Positions 10,542-19,780 of a stretch of DNA of 64,000 nt are shown here, piece after piece. The position numbers and the translations under genes were made by a program. Below the pieces are notes generated by a model. It did no database searches and was not told the DNA's origin. It saw only the letters and a list, made by a program, of their open reading frames with translations. Numbering within the stretch: the stretch's first letter is position 1; every line of letters begins with the position of its first letter. The DNA comes from an uncultured Actinomycetota bacterium (GTDB lineage: Bacteria > Actinomycetota > Actinomycetes > Actinomycetales > Microbacteriaceae), in NCBI GenBank assembly GCA_963790235.1, contig CAWBNZ010000018.1, positions 47,060-111,059 of the forward strand. Direction: 5' to 3'.

Positions 10542-10604
10542 CGGTCGCTGAGGCACTCGAAGCGATCTGGCGGGGCGTCGTCCCTTCGAGAGCCTCAGGG
10601 ACCG
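10542..10604. repeat. REP-like inverted repeat (GGTCCCTGAG..TCGAAG family)
   Basis: CGGTCGCTGAGGCACTCGAAG ... CTTCGAGAGCCTCAGGGACCG, 21-nt imperfect arms. Confidence 0.65.
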
Positions 10605-10625
10605 CAAGGGCGCGAAGGCTACGTC

Positions 10626-12067
10626 GTGCCGAGGGCGCGGCAGCTCGCCGCCGACGACCTGCTCGCGGCGACCCTGCGGAAGATCCGCACGCAGCTGAAG
10701 CTGCCGGAGTCGTTCGCGCCCGCGGTCGAGGCGGAAGCGACCGCGGCGGTCGCCGCGCTCCAGCTGCCAGACCGTGATCTCACGCAGGTGCCGTTCGTCA
10801 CGATCGACCCAGAGGGCGCGACCGACCTCGACCAGGCGCTGTACCTCGAGCGCAACGACACCGACACGAGCATCGGCTACCGCGTGTACTACGCGATTGC
10901 CGACCTGCCGTCCCTGGTCGCACCTGGCGGCGCGATCGATGCGGAGGCGCGCAAGCGGGGGCAGACGATGTACGCGCCCGACGGGCGCATCCCGCTGCAT
11001 CCAACGATCATCAGCGAGGGTGTCGGCAGCCTGCTGCCCGACGAAGTGCGCAGCGCGTTCGTGTGGGAGTTCGAGCTGGATGCCGCGGCCAACGTCACCC
11101 GCGTGCACGTGGAGCGCGCCCGAGTCCGCAGCCGCCGCCAGTGCAGCTACGTCGAGGTGCAGGCCGAGCTCGAGATGCCGCGAAGCGCGACGGTGCCGCG
11201 ATCCCCGAATGGCTCGAACTGCTGCAGGAGGTCGGCCTCAAGCGGATCGCGCTCGAGCGCGCGCGGGGCGGCGCATCCCTCAACCGACCGGATGAGGAGG
11301 TGCGGGTCGAGGACGGCCGGTACGTCCTCACCCGCCGCGAGTCACTCCCGGTCGAGGGCTGGAACGCGCAGCTCTCCCTCATGACCGGCATGGCCGCCGC
11401 CCAGTTCATGCTCGACGGCAAGGTCGGAATCCTGCGCACGATGCCGGCTCCCGACGATGAGACGATCACGCGCTTCCGACGCCAGGTCGAGGCGCTCGGA
11501 GCGCCGTGGGATCCCGAGCTGCAGTACGGCGAGTACCTGCGCACGCTCGACCCGAGCCGGCCGCAGCACCTCGCGGTCATCCACGCGGCGGCATCCCTGT
11601 TCCGTGGCGCGGGATACACCGCGTTCGACGGTGACATTCCGGAAGACACGACGCAGGCCGCAGTCGCCGCGCCCTACGCGCACGCGACTGCGCCGCTGCG
11701 CCGGCTCGTGGACCGCTTCGTGCTCGTGACCTGCGAGGCGCTGTGCCTCGGCCGCGATGTTCCGCAGTGGGTGCGCGATGCGCTCCCCGAGTTGCCGCGC
11801 CTCATGGCGTCGTCCGACGGCAAGGCGAACCAGCTCGAGGCGCAGTCGCTCAACGCAATCGAGGCGGCGCTGCTGAGCTCGCGCATCGGCGACGAGTTCG
11901 ACGCGGTCGTCGTGCAGACGAAGGAGGGCGGTGGGGTCATCCAGCTCACCGACCCGGTCGTCACCGCGTTCATGGAGGGGTCGGCGCCGCCTGGGAAGCG
12001 CGTGCGCGCCACTCTGGTGACGGCGGACATCGCGAGCGGCGAGGTGCTCTTCCGCCGCTCGAACTGA
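10626..12067 (+). CDS. RNB-domain exoribonuclease (RNase II/R family; frameshift near 11175)
   Basis: FVTIDPEGATDLDQA, RGQTMYAPD, YAHATAPLRRLVDRF. Confidence 0.9.
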
Positions 12068-12073
12068 TGCTCT

Positions 12074-12425
12074 CTAAGCTCCAGCGCGCAGGTACTGCGC
12101 GAGCATCACGAGGATCCCGCTAGGCCCACGCACGTACGTGAGCTTGACCACGTCCTGGTAGTTCGCGACGCCCCGCAGCGGGAAGAAGCCGTGCCTGGCC
12201 GCGATCGCGAGGGACTCGTCGATGTCGTCCACCGAGAACGCGACACGGTGCATCCCGATCTCGTTGGGCAGCGTCGGCTCGGTCTCGATCGCGTCCGGGT
12301 GGATGTACTCGAAGAGCTCGAGCTGGCCCTGCCCATCGGGCGTCGTGAGCACGGCGACCTTCGCGTGGTTGCCGTCGAGGCCGACCGCGGTGTCGGCCCA
12401 CTCGCCGCTCCAGTTTGATGGGCAT
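12074..12425 (-). pseudogene. VOC/glyoxalase family gene with an internal out-of-frame deletion
   Basis: ATG-MPIKLE jumps out of frame to SGEWADTAVGLDG...LELFEY..P...IGMHRVAFSVDDID...YVRGPSGILVMLAQ; 352 nt is not a multiple of 3. Confidence 0.7.
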
Positions 12426-12489
12426 GCTTCGCATGTTAGCCAGCGGCAGTGACGGTCTGGCGACCGGGTGAAGCGGCCGCAGCGATTCT

Positions 12490-12640
12490 CAAATGCGGGC
12501 CATTGCGTCAAATCCGGGCCGGCGCGCAAGCCCGGATTTGACGCGACGACCCGGAATCCACGATCCGGGCCGCCCAGCCAAGGCGAAACGGCCCGGATAT
12601 CGAGGTCCGGGTCACCCGAGACGTCCAACTGGCCCGGATC
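12490..12640. repeat. Dispersed multi-hairpin repeat element, copy 1 (copy 2 at 45575)
   Basis: First 30 nt identical to 45575-45604; hairpin GCGTCAAATCCGGGC/GCCCGGATTTGACGC; further TCCGGGCC/GGCCCGGA hairpins. Confidence 0.85.
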
Positions 12641-12679
12641 CTGCTGCTCCCAACGCCGAGCAGTCACACGTGCCCTCCC

Positions 12680-13438
12680 TCAACCGGCCGCGCGGCGCCG
12701 GTATGCGCGCAAGTACCGCCGCATCGGCGCGTGCCGCACGGCCCGGGGCAGCCGCGGGTACACCGCGCGCGCGAAGCGCAGCAGCCTCGACCAGCGCTTC
12801 GCGTCCAGCTCGAGGCCGTAGGCATCCCGCAGCGGGAGGGGCAGGAGCGCCGTGGTCAGGAGGCGCACGGTGGGCATGAGCCGTCGCATCCACCACGGTG
12901 CATTCGATGGATGCAACAGGTCCCGCGCCACCCGCAGTGCATCCTCCCCGACCTCAAGCCCCTCCTGCCGCCGCGCCCAAGAGGCGGCGAACGCCGCGGT
13001 GTCGGAGGGCCAGAGCGACTGCGGCATCCCCAGCGCGGTGCCCACCGTCGCGAACTCGCGGAGCAGCTGCTCGTCGTCGCGCACCGAGTCGCTCCCGGTC
13101 GGCCGTCGACCTCCGAGCACGAGCTCGTGCACCTCGATCGCCGTCCAGTACAGCGTCGCGGCAACCCACAGCTGCAGCTGCTCGTCGTGCGCGCCGGGTA
13201 CCGACCGATGCGTGCTGCCGACCTGCCGCGCGATGGCCGCGGCCTCCTCCGGCGTGCCGAACTCGGTGACGTAGAGGTAGGTGAGCGTGCCGTGCAGCCG
13301 GTCGAGCGGCCGGGTCGCGAAGTCGCTGTGGTGGGCGACCCCGGCCGCGATCCTCGGGTCGGCGACCTGCAGCAGGATCGCCGCTCCGCCGCCCGCGAGC
13401 AGCAGCGCTTCCGCCGAGATGTCGCGAAGACTGGCCAC
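12680..13438 (-). CDS. Oxygenase MpaB family (DUF2236) protein
   Basis: AEALLLAGGGAAILLQVADPRIAAGVAHHSDF..RPLDRL.GT, LQLWVAATLY, LLPLPLRDAYGL. Confidence 0.88.
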   Translation of the reverse strand: MASLRDISAEALLLAGGGAAILLQVADPRIAAGVAHHSDFATRPLDRLHGTLTYLYVTEFGTPEEAAAIARQVGSTHRSVPGAHDEQLQLWVAATLYWTAIEVHELVLGGRRPTGSDSVRDDEQLLREFATVGTALGMPQSLWPSDTAAFAASWARRQEGLEVGEDALRVARDLLHPSNAPWWMRRLMPTVRLLTTALLPLPLRDAYGLELDAKRWSRLLRFARAVYPRLPRAVRHAPMRRYLRAYRRRAAG

Positions 13439-13555
13439 GCCCCATTGTTGCGCGTGCGCCGCGGCATCCTGCGAAAGAGAGGCGGTTCTTAACCGCACCG
13501 AGACGCCCGTTCGGACGAGACGCCCAGCCGCGAGCCGGTAGAGTTCTTCGTGGCC

Positions 13556-13580
13556 AAGATGTCTTGATGTCGAGACTGTT
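13556..13580. promoter_or_regulatory. TamR-like (MarR family) palindromic operator upstream of sucC
   Basis: TGTCTTGATGTCGAGACT, matching the icd upstream site TATCTCGACGTCAAGATA. Confidence 0.6.
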
Positions 13581-13646
13581 CCGCGCGAAACAGCTCCCAT
13601 CGGCGGTGCGCCACCTCCAACTTCGATACGCGATTGAGAGACCCAC

Positions 13647-14813
13647 GTGGACCTCTTCGAATACCAGGCCAGGGACGTCTTCGAGTCCTACGGCGTTCCC
13701 GTGCTCAAGGGCATCATGGCCGACACCCCCGAGGAGGCCAGGGCTGCGGCCGAGGCCATCGGCGGCACCGTCGTCGTCAAGGCGCAGGTCAAGACCGGCG
13801 GACGCGGCAAGGCCGGCGGCGTCAAGGTCGTGCACAATCCAGAGGATGCCGCGACCGCCGCCGAGGCGATCCTGGGCCTCGACATCAAGGGCCACATCGT
13901 CAAGCGCGTGATGATCGCGCAGGGCGCTGCGATCGACAAGGAGTACTACTTCTCGATCCTGCTCGACCGGGCCAACCGCTCCTACCTGTCGCTGTGCAGC
14001 GTCGAGGGCGGCATGGACATCGAGGAGCTCGCGGTCGAGCGTCCGGAGGCGCTCGCCAAGATCGAGGTCGACCCGATCGCCGGCATCGACCTCGCGAAGG
14101 CGACCGAGATCGCGATCGCCGGCGGCTTCGACCAGGCGACTCGCCGACAAGGTCGCGCCCGTGCTCGTGAAGCTCTACGAGGTGTACGACGGTGAGGACG
14201 CGACGCTCGTCGAGGTCAACCCGCTCGTGCTCACGAACGACGGCCAGGTGCTCGCCCTCGACGGCAAGGTCACCCTCGACGCGAACGCCGACTTCCGCCA
14301 CCCGGAGCACGAGGCCCTCGAGGATGCCGCGGACCACGACCCGCTCGAGGCCAAGGCCAAGGCGCACGACCTCAACTACGTGAAGCTCGACGGCGAGGTC
14401 GGGATCATCGGCAACGGCGCCGGCCTCGTGATGTCCACGCTCGACGTGGTGAGCTACGCGGGCGAGCGGCTTCGGCGGCGTGAAGCCGGCCAACTTCCTC
14501 GACATCGGCGGCGGCGCATCCGCCGAGGTGATGGCGGCCGGGCTCGACGTCATCCTCGGTGACCCGCAGGTCAAGAGCGTGTTCGTGAACGTGTTCGGCG
14601 GCATCACGGCGTGCGACGCGGTCGCCAACGGCATCGTGGCGGCACTCGGCATCCTCGGCGACCCTGCGACCAAGCCGCTCGTCGTGCGACTCGACGGCAA
14701 CAAGGTCGAGGAGGGTCGCGCGCATTCTCGCGGGCGCCAACCACCCGCTGGTCACGCTCGCCCTCTCCATGGACGACGGTGCGGCCAAGGCCGCCGAACT
14801 GGCTAGCAAGTAA
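13647..14813 (+). CDS. sucC: Succinyl-CoA synthetase beta subunit (frameshifts near 14140, 14465, 14720)
   Basis: [74 protein letters not shown]. Confidence 0.95.
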
Positions 14814-14826
14814 GGGAACGCGCAAC

Positions 14827-15717
14827 ATGTCGATCTTCCTCAACAAGAACAACAAGGTCATCGTCCAGGGCATCACGGGCGGCGAGGGCACCAAGCACAC
14901 CGCGCTCATGCTCAAGGCCGGCACCCAGGTCGTCGGCGGCGTGAACGCCCGGAAGGCCGGTACGACGGTCGAGCACGACGGCGGCATCTCCCTGCCCGTA
15001 TACGGCACGGTCGCCGAGGCCGTCGCCGAGACCGGCGCCGACGTCTCGATCGTGTTCGTGCCCCCGGCTTTCGCGAAGGATGCCGTGGTCGAGGCCATCG
15101 AGGCCGAGGTTCCGCTGGTCGTCGTGATCACCGAGGGCATCCCGGTGCAGGACACCGCGGAGTTCTGGACCCTCGCCAAGAACAAGGGCAACAAGACCCG
15201 CATCATCGGCCCGAACTGCCCCGGCATCATCACGCCCGACGAGTCGCTCGTCGGCATCACGCCCGCGACCATCACGGGCAAAGGCCCGATCGGCCTCGTC
15301 TCGAAGTCGGGCACCCTGACCTACCAGATGATGTTCGAGCTGCGTGATCTCGGTTTCTCGACCGCGATCGGCATCGGCGGCGACCCCATCGTCGGCACGA
15401 CGCACATCGATGCGCTCGAAGCGTTCCAAGCCGACCCCGAGACGAAGGCGATCGTCATGATCGGCGAGATCGGCGGCGACGCCGAGGAGCGCGCGGCCGA
15501 CTACATCCGGGCCAACGTCACGAAGCCGGTCGTCGCCTACGTCGCGGGCTTCACCGCCCCCGAGGGCAAGACGATGGGCCACGCGGGCGCAATCGTCTCA
15601 GCTGGTGCGGGCACCGCGCAGGGCAAGAAGGAAGCCCTCGAGGCCGCCGGGGTCAAGGTCGGCAAGACGCCGAGCGAGACCGCGGAGCTCATGCGTGAGG
15701 TGCTTGCGGCGCTGTAA
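14827..15717 (+). CDS. sucD: Succinyl-CoA synthetase alpha subunit
   Basis: [36 protein letters not shown]. Confidence 0.97.
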   Translation: MSIFLNKNNKVIVQGITGGEGTKHTALMLKAGTQVVGGVNARKAGTTVEHDGGISLPVYGTVAEAVAETGADVSIVFVPPAFAKDAVVEAIEAEVPLVVVITEGIPVQDTAEFWTLAKNKGNKTRIIGPNCPGIITPDESLVGITPATITGKGPIGLVSKSGTLTYQMMFELRDLGFSTAIGIGGDPIVGTTHIDALEAFQADPETKAIVMIGEIGGDAEERAADYIRANVTKPVVAYVAGFTAPEGKTMGHAGAIVSAGAGTAQGKKEALEAAGVKVGKTPSETAELMREVLAAL

Positions 15718-15729
15718 GTTCCTCGCCAG

Positions 15730-17085
15730 TCAGTGCGCGAACACCCCCGTAGGGTCGACCGCGCTGCGGATGGCTCGCAACCGCGCCAGCGTCTCCTCGG
15801 GGTACGCGCGAGTGTCCACATCAGGCACAGCGCTGAAGAAGTTGATGTAGCCGGCGTCGCCGTCGGTGAGGGCGGCCGCGAGCTCGGCGACCTCCGCTTC
15901 GTGTGCTGCCGCGGCATCCGCATCGAAGTACACCGCGGTGACCCAGACCAGCGCCGTGCGGTCGCGGTGCGCGAAGGCCGTCGCATCACGGTCGACGCGA
16001 GCGATCGCGCCACCCAGTGGACGGATGTTGATGACCGCGATGGGCGTCTGCAGTTGACCGAGTGCCGAGATCGCGCTCGCGACCCGGTCCGCGGTCAGCT
16101 CATCGACGAACCCGGACCGGCTCACTGGCACGGGGACGACGCCAGGGGGCAGCTGCATCTCCGCGAGCATGCTGGTGTATGGAACGACATTCACGGTGTC
16201 GACGAGCACCGGCGCGAGCGCACGGATGGTGTTGAACGCCTCGGCTGCGTCACTCGCCGTGCCGGAGTGCGCGGCGAACAACGCGACGACCTGCTGGCCC
16301 TGGAGGTGCTCAGGGACAAACGGCGCCGGCGGCGCGTTCATGACGTTCACCATCGTGGACAGCTCATCGGGAGCGTCGGCGAGGTAGCTGACCAGCGACG
16401 CGACCAGCTGCGGATCCGATTCGAACATCAGGATGCCGCCGGTCACCGTCTCGACCTCGGCAAGCCGGAACCGCAATTCCGTGACGACGCCGAGGCCGGC
16501 AGACCCGCCTCGCAGCGCCCAGAACAGGTCGGGCTCGTGCTGCTCGTCCACGTCGAGGATCCGCCCATCGACCGTCACCAGCTGCGCACCGACAAGCTGA
16601 TCGACGGCGAGACCCAAGCGGCGGCTGAGGTACCCGATACCACCGCCGAGCGTGAGGCCGGCGACGCCGACGCTCGCGGTGTCACCGAACCCGGTGGCGA
16701 GACCGTGCTCGGCGGCGATGGCGCTGTAGCGTCCTGCCGTCACTCCGCCCTCTGCGGTTGCGATGTGTGCGACCGGGTCGATGTCGACGGTGTCGAGCAG
16801 GGCCAGATCGAGCACGACGCCGCCCTCGACGAGGGAGCGGCGGGCGAGGCTGTGCCCGCCGGCTCGCACCGACACCGGCAGTCCGGCATCCGCGACGATC
16901 GGAAGGATGCGTGCGATTTCAGCAGCGTCGCGTGGCTGAACGACGAGCGCGGGAACCCGGGGCACGCCACCATAGATCGAGAGACCGGCATCGAAGTCGG
17001 GGTCGGTCGCCGTGCGGACGCGGTCGCCGACGATGCTCGCCAGGCGTTCGGAGAGAGCTGATGCGGTTGTCGTCAGATCGGTCAT
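15730..17085 (-). CDS. FAD-binding oxidoreductase (FAD_binding_4/BBE family)
   Basis: VRAGGHS (covalent FAD His motif), VGVAGLTLGGGIGYL.R..GL..D, PDLFWALRGG, YINF, DPTGVF. Confidence 0.9.
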   Translation of the reverse strand: MTDLTTTASALSERLASIVGDRVRTATDPDFDAGLSIYGGVPRVPALVVQPRDAAEIARILPIVADAGLPVSVRAGGHSLARRSLVEGGVVLDLALLDTVDIDPVAHIATAEGGVTAGRYSAIAAEHGLATGFGDTASVGVAGLTLGGGIGYLSRRLGLAVDQLVGAQLVTVDGRILDVDEQHEPDLFWALRGGSAGLGVVTELRFRLAEVETVTGGILMFESDPQLVASLVSYLADAPDELSTMVNVMNAPPAPFVPEHLQGQQVVALFAAHSGTASDAAEAFNTIRALAPVLVDTVNVVPYTSMLAEMQLPPGVVPVPVSRSGFVDELTADRVASAISALGQLQTPIAVINIRPLGGAIARVDRDATAFAHRDRTALVWVTAVYFDADAAAAHEAEVAELAAALTDGDAGYINFFSAVPDVDTRAYPEETLARLRAIRSAVDPTGVFAH

Positions 17086-17094
17086 GCCCGCCAA

Positions 17095-17123
17095 GTTAGA
17101 CCTCTAACCCTTAGATGTCAAAC
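17095..17123. promoter_or_regulatory. Tandem MarR-type operators in divergent promoter
   Basis: Perfect palindrome GTTAGA-CC-TCTAAC (17095-17108) and degenerate copy CTTAGA-TG-TCAAAC (17110-17123). Confidence 0.6.
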
Positions 17124-17153
17124 GATCGCTCCAAAGAGGCTAGGCTCAGCGAT

Positions 17154-17606
17154 GTGAACGCAGACTCCGACCACGCCATCGGCATCCTGCTGTGGTCGAC
17201 GACCCAGGTCGTGCAGCGCGCGTTCGATCGGATGCTTTCGGAGGCCGGGATCACCCGGCCCTTCTGGCTCATCATGCTGGCACTGCGGGAGGAGCCGCCA
17301 CCCACCACCCAGCGCGAGCTGGCCGACCGCATCGAGCTGCGGGAGGCCACCCTCACCCACCACCTGCACGCGATGGAGGAAGCCGGGCTCGTGCTGCGGG
17401 TCCGCAGCACGGAGAACCGGCGCACCGTGCGCGTCGACCTCACCGACCACGGCCGCGCGGTGATCCAACGCGTGTACTCGTCGGCTATGACGTTCAACGC
17501 CGAACTCCGTGACGCGCTCGGCGACGATGCGACGTCCACCCTCCGCGGACTGCGCAACCTGCGCGACCAGTTCGCCGACGGCGAGCGGATCCCGCCGCCG
17601 CTGTAG
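17154..17606 (+). CDS. MarR family transcriptional regulator
   Basis: TQRELADRIELREATLTHHLHAMEEAGLVLR....NRR...V.LT..G; TAGGCT 7 nt before GTG 17154. Confidence 0.9.
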   Translation: MNADSDHAIGILLWSTTQVVQRAFDRMLSEAGITRPFWLIMLALREEPPPTTQRELADRIELREATLTHHLHAMEEAGLVLRVRSTENRRTVRVDLTDHGRAVIQRVYSSAMTFNAELRDALGDDATSTLRGLRNLRDQFADGERIPPPL

Positions 17607-17619
17607 TCGCGGCCGTTGA

Positions 17620-18052
17620 TCACGCTCGCCGTGCTCGAACCCATTCCCGCCACGCCCACAAGGCGCCGGTCGACCACAGTGCCCAGGCCACGAGCAGCGG
17701 CTGGAAGAACAGGCGCACGACCAGGTGGATGCTGTCATCCAGCCCCACGGTCTGGACCGACGTGACCAGCTGCGAGATGTTGCCCGGGAAGATCGCGACG
17801 AAGAACGCCGCGGTCACCCAGCCGACGATGAACCGGGCGGGCAGGCCGAACAGGCGCTGCGGCACGAGCAGCACGGCAAGTCCGAGGGCGATCTCGACGA
17901 CGCCCGAGGCGAGCACCACGAAGTCCTTGTCGAGTCGGCAGCCACGGCGGCACCTGCGCCTGGAACGCCGCACGCAGGATCGTGAGATGCCCGACGCCGG
18001 CGCCGAGGAGGAACAGCCCGAGCAGCACGCGACCGAGCGTGCGGATGATCAC
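17620..18052 (-). CDS. DoxX-like membrane protein (frameshift near 17935)
   Basis: RVLLGLFLLGAGVGHL...FQAQVPPWLP + VVLASGVVEIALG...FFVAIFPGNISQ...RLFFQPLLVAWALW; GTGA overlap with the IclR stop. Confidence 0.75.
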
Positions 18053-18828
18053 GAGTCGTCGCTCGCGCGATTCGGGGCGACCGGCGGCGGCCATGCTGTA
18101 GCGCCGAGCTCGCGGGAGATGTTTCGCGCGGTCTCGCGCAGGTCGTTCAGCACGTTGTCCTCGGGCGGCCACTCGGAGCTCGGCAGCACGATCGCGACAG
18201 CGGCGATCACCGCGCCGCTGCGATCCACGACCGGTGCGGCGATCGATGACTCGCCGAGCACGGCTTCGTCCTCCTCGGTCGCCACTCCGCGCTCCGCGAT
18301 CTGCGCGAGTGCGAGCGTGAGCCTGGCGACATCCGTCATGGTGTCGCCGGTGAGGCTGCGCAGCGGCTTCGAGAAGACCCCGGCGGCGTAGTCCGCGTCG
18401 TAGGCGAGCAGCACCTTGCCCATGGCCGAAGCGTGCGCGGGGATCGAGAGCCCGGTCTCGGGCATCTGCTGGCTGCCGTCCGGCCGCCGGTTGTGGTGGA
18501 TGATGATGACCTCGTCGAACAGCTCTGCACCCAGGCGCACGGCGAGTCCGGTGCGCCGCGCGAGTTCGCGGGTCCAGCGCATCGCCCGCGCGCGCACGTC
18601 GAGCGTGTCGAGGTAGACGTTCGACAGCTTGAGCAGCGCGGGGCCGAGCATGTAGCGGCTGCCGTTGGGTTCCTTGGCGACGAGGCCGTGCGAGGCGAGC
18701 GACTTGACGATGCCGTGCACGGTGGATGGCGGCAGCTCGAGCGCCGCGGCAAGTTCGGTGATACCGAGGTGCCGCGCGCCCTGCAGCGACGACAGCACCT
18801 TCGCTGCTCGATCGATCGCCTGGATCAC
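18049..18828 (-). CDS. IclR family regulator (GylR-like)
   Basis: IQAIDRAAKVL...LGITELAAALELPPSTVHGIVKSL, PAHASAMGKVLLA, E..LGESSIAAPV. Confidence 0.92.
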   Translation of the reverse strand: MIQAIDRAAKVLSSLQGARHLGITELAAALELPPSTVHGIVKSLASHGLVAKEPNGSRYMLGPALLKLSNVYLDTLDVRARAMRWTRELARRTGLAVRLGAELFDEVIIIHHNRRPDGSQQMPETGLSIPAHASAMGKVLLAYDADYAAGVFSKPLRSLTGDTMTDVARLTLALAQIAERGVATEEDEAVLGESSIAAPVVDRSGAVIAAVAIVLPSSEWPPEDNVLNDLRETARNISRELGATAWPPPVAPNRASDDS

Positions 18829-18905
18829 GTTGTCCCTCTTGGCACGCTGTCCCTCACGGGTGGTGCTCCCATTATGGGGTGCGCGAAAGTCATTCCGTCT
18901 TCCAC

Positions 18906-18950
18906 TTGACATCGGCCTAGGTTTACGCACCATATTCGACATTATCGAAT
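18906..18950 (+). promoter_or_regulatory. glpF-dha promoter with IclR-type operator
   Basis: TTGACA at 18906-18911; palindrome ATTCGACATTATCGAAT at 18934-18950. Confidence 0.6.
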
Positions 18951-19021
18951 GACGTTCCAGAAATGACTGGATGTCGGCGGTGTGAAACCCGCATCGAGCT
19001 CACATGTTCAAAGGAGAACTC

Positions 19022-19780
19022 ATGGATGAGAACAAGCAGTGGCAGAAGCTTGCTGCGGAATTCATCGGCACCGCGTTCCTCGTGTTCATCGGCGTCGGGT
19101 CGGTACCCGCAACGTTGATCGTCAACGGAGATGCACCGTTCACGATGGCCAGCCTCGGCTTCATCTCGCTGGCGTTCGGCACCATCGTCATCGCGACGGT
19201 GTACATCTTCGGCTACATCTCGGGCAACCACATCAACCCCGCGGTGACCATCGGGCTCGCGGTCGCGGGCAAGTTCCCGTGGCGCCAGGTGCCGGGCTAC
19301 CTCATCGCGCAGGTGCTCGGCGCGATCCTCGGCGCGTTCGCGATCGTCGGCGTGCTCGGCCCGAAGGCCAGTGAAGTCGGCCTGGGCGTGGCCAGCTACG
19401 CGGAGAGCACGCCGATCTACACCGCGTTCATCGCGGAGTTCGTCGGCACGTTCATCCTCGTGTTCACGGTGTTCGGCGTGATCCACCGCAAGGCGGCCCC
19501 CGGGTTCGCTGGCCTCGTGATCGGGTTCGTCGTGTTCGCGGCGATCATCCCGGTTGCGCCGACGACGGGCGCATCCATCAACCCAGCTCGCACCACGGGA
19601 CCGATGCTCGTGCAGCAGCTGCTCGGCGGCACGGTGCACTGGGAGCAGCTGTGGGTGTACCTCGTGGCGGAACTCGCCGCGGGCGTCGCCGCCGCGCTGC
19701 TGTTCGGCGTGATCTCCAAGACCGAGCACGACAAGACCAGCCTCCGTGAGGCCCTGAGCGAGCCGGAGGCCGCCAAGTGA
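19022..19780 (+). CDS. glpF: MIP family channel (glycerol/DHA uptake facilitator)
   Basis: AEFIGT, SGNHINPAVT, GASINPART; AAGGAG SD. Confidence 0.9.
   Translation: MDENKQWQKLAAEFIGTAFLVFIGVGSVPATLIVNGDAPFTMASLGFISLAFGTIVIATVYIFGYISGNHINPAVTIGLAVAGKFPWRQVPGYLIAQVLGAILGAFAIVGVLGPKASEVGLGVASYAESTPIYTAFIAEFVGTFILVFTVFGVIHRKAAPGFAGLVIGFVVFAAIIPVAPTTGASINPARTTGPMLVQQLLGGTVHWEQLWVYLVAELAAGVAAALLFGVISKTEHDKTSLREALSEPEAAK

Noticed and set aside
12490-12640. CRISPR array interpretation of the periodic repeat
   Set aside because: Conserved unit is only 8-9 nt, only three periods, no cas genes in the window; kept as an unexplained repeat instead
13647-14813. Programmed ribosomal frameshifting or true pseudogenisation of sucC, pcrA and icd
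   Set aside because: No slippery heptamers seen, several indels per gene, core functions; sequencing error is more parsimonious
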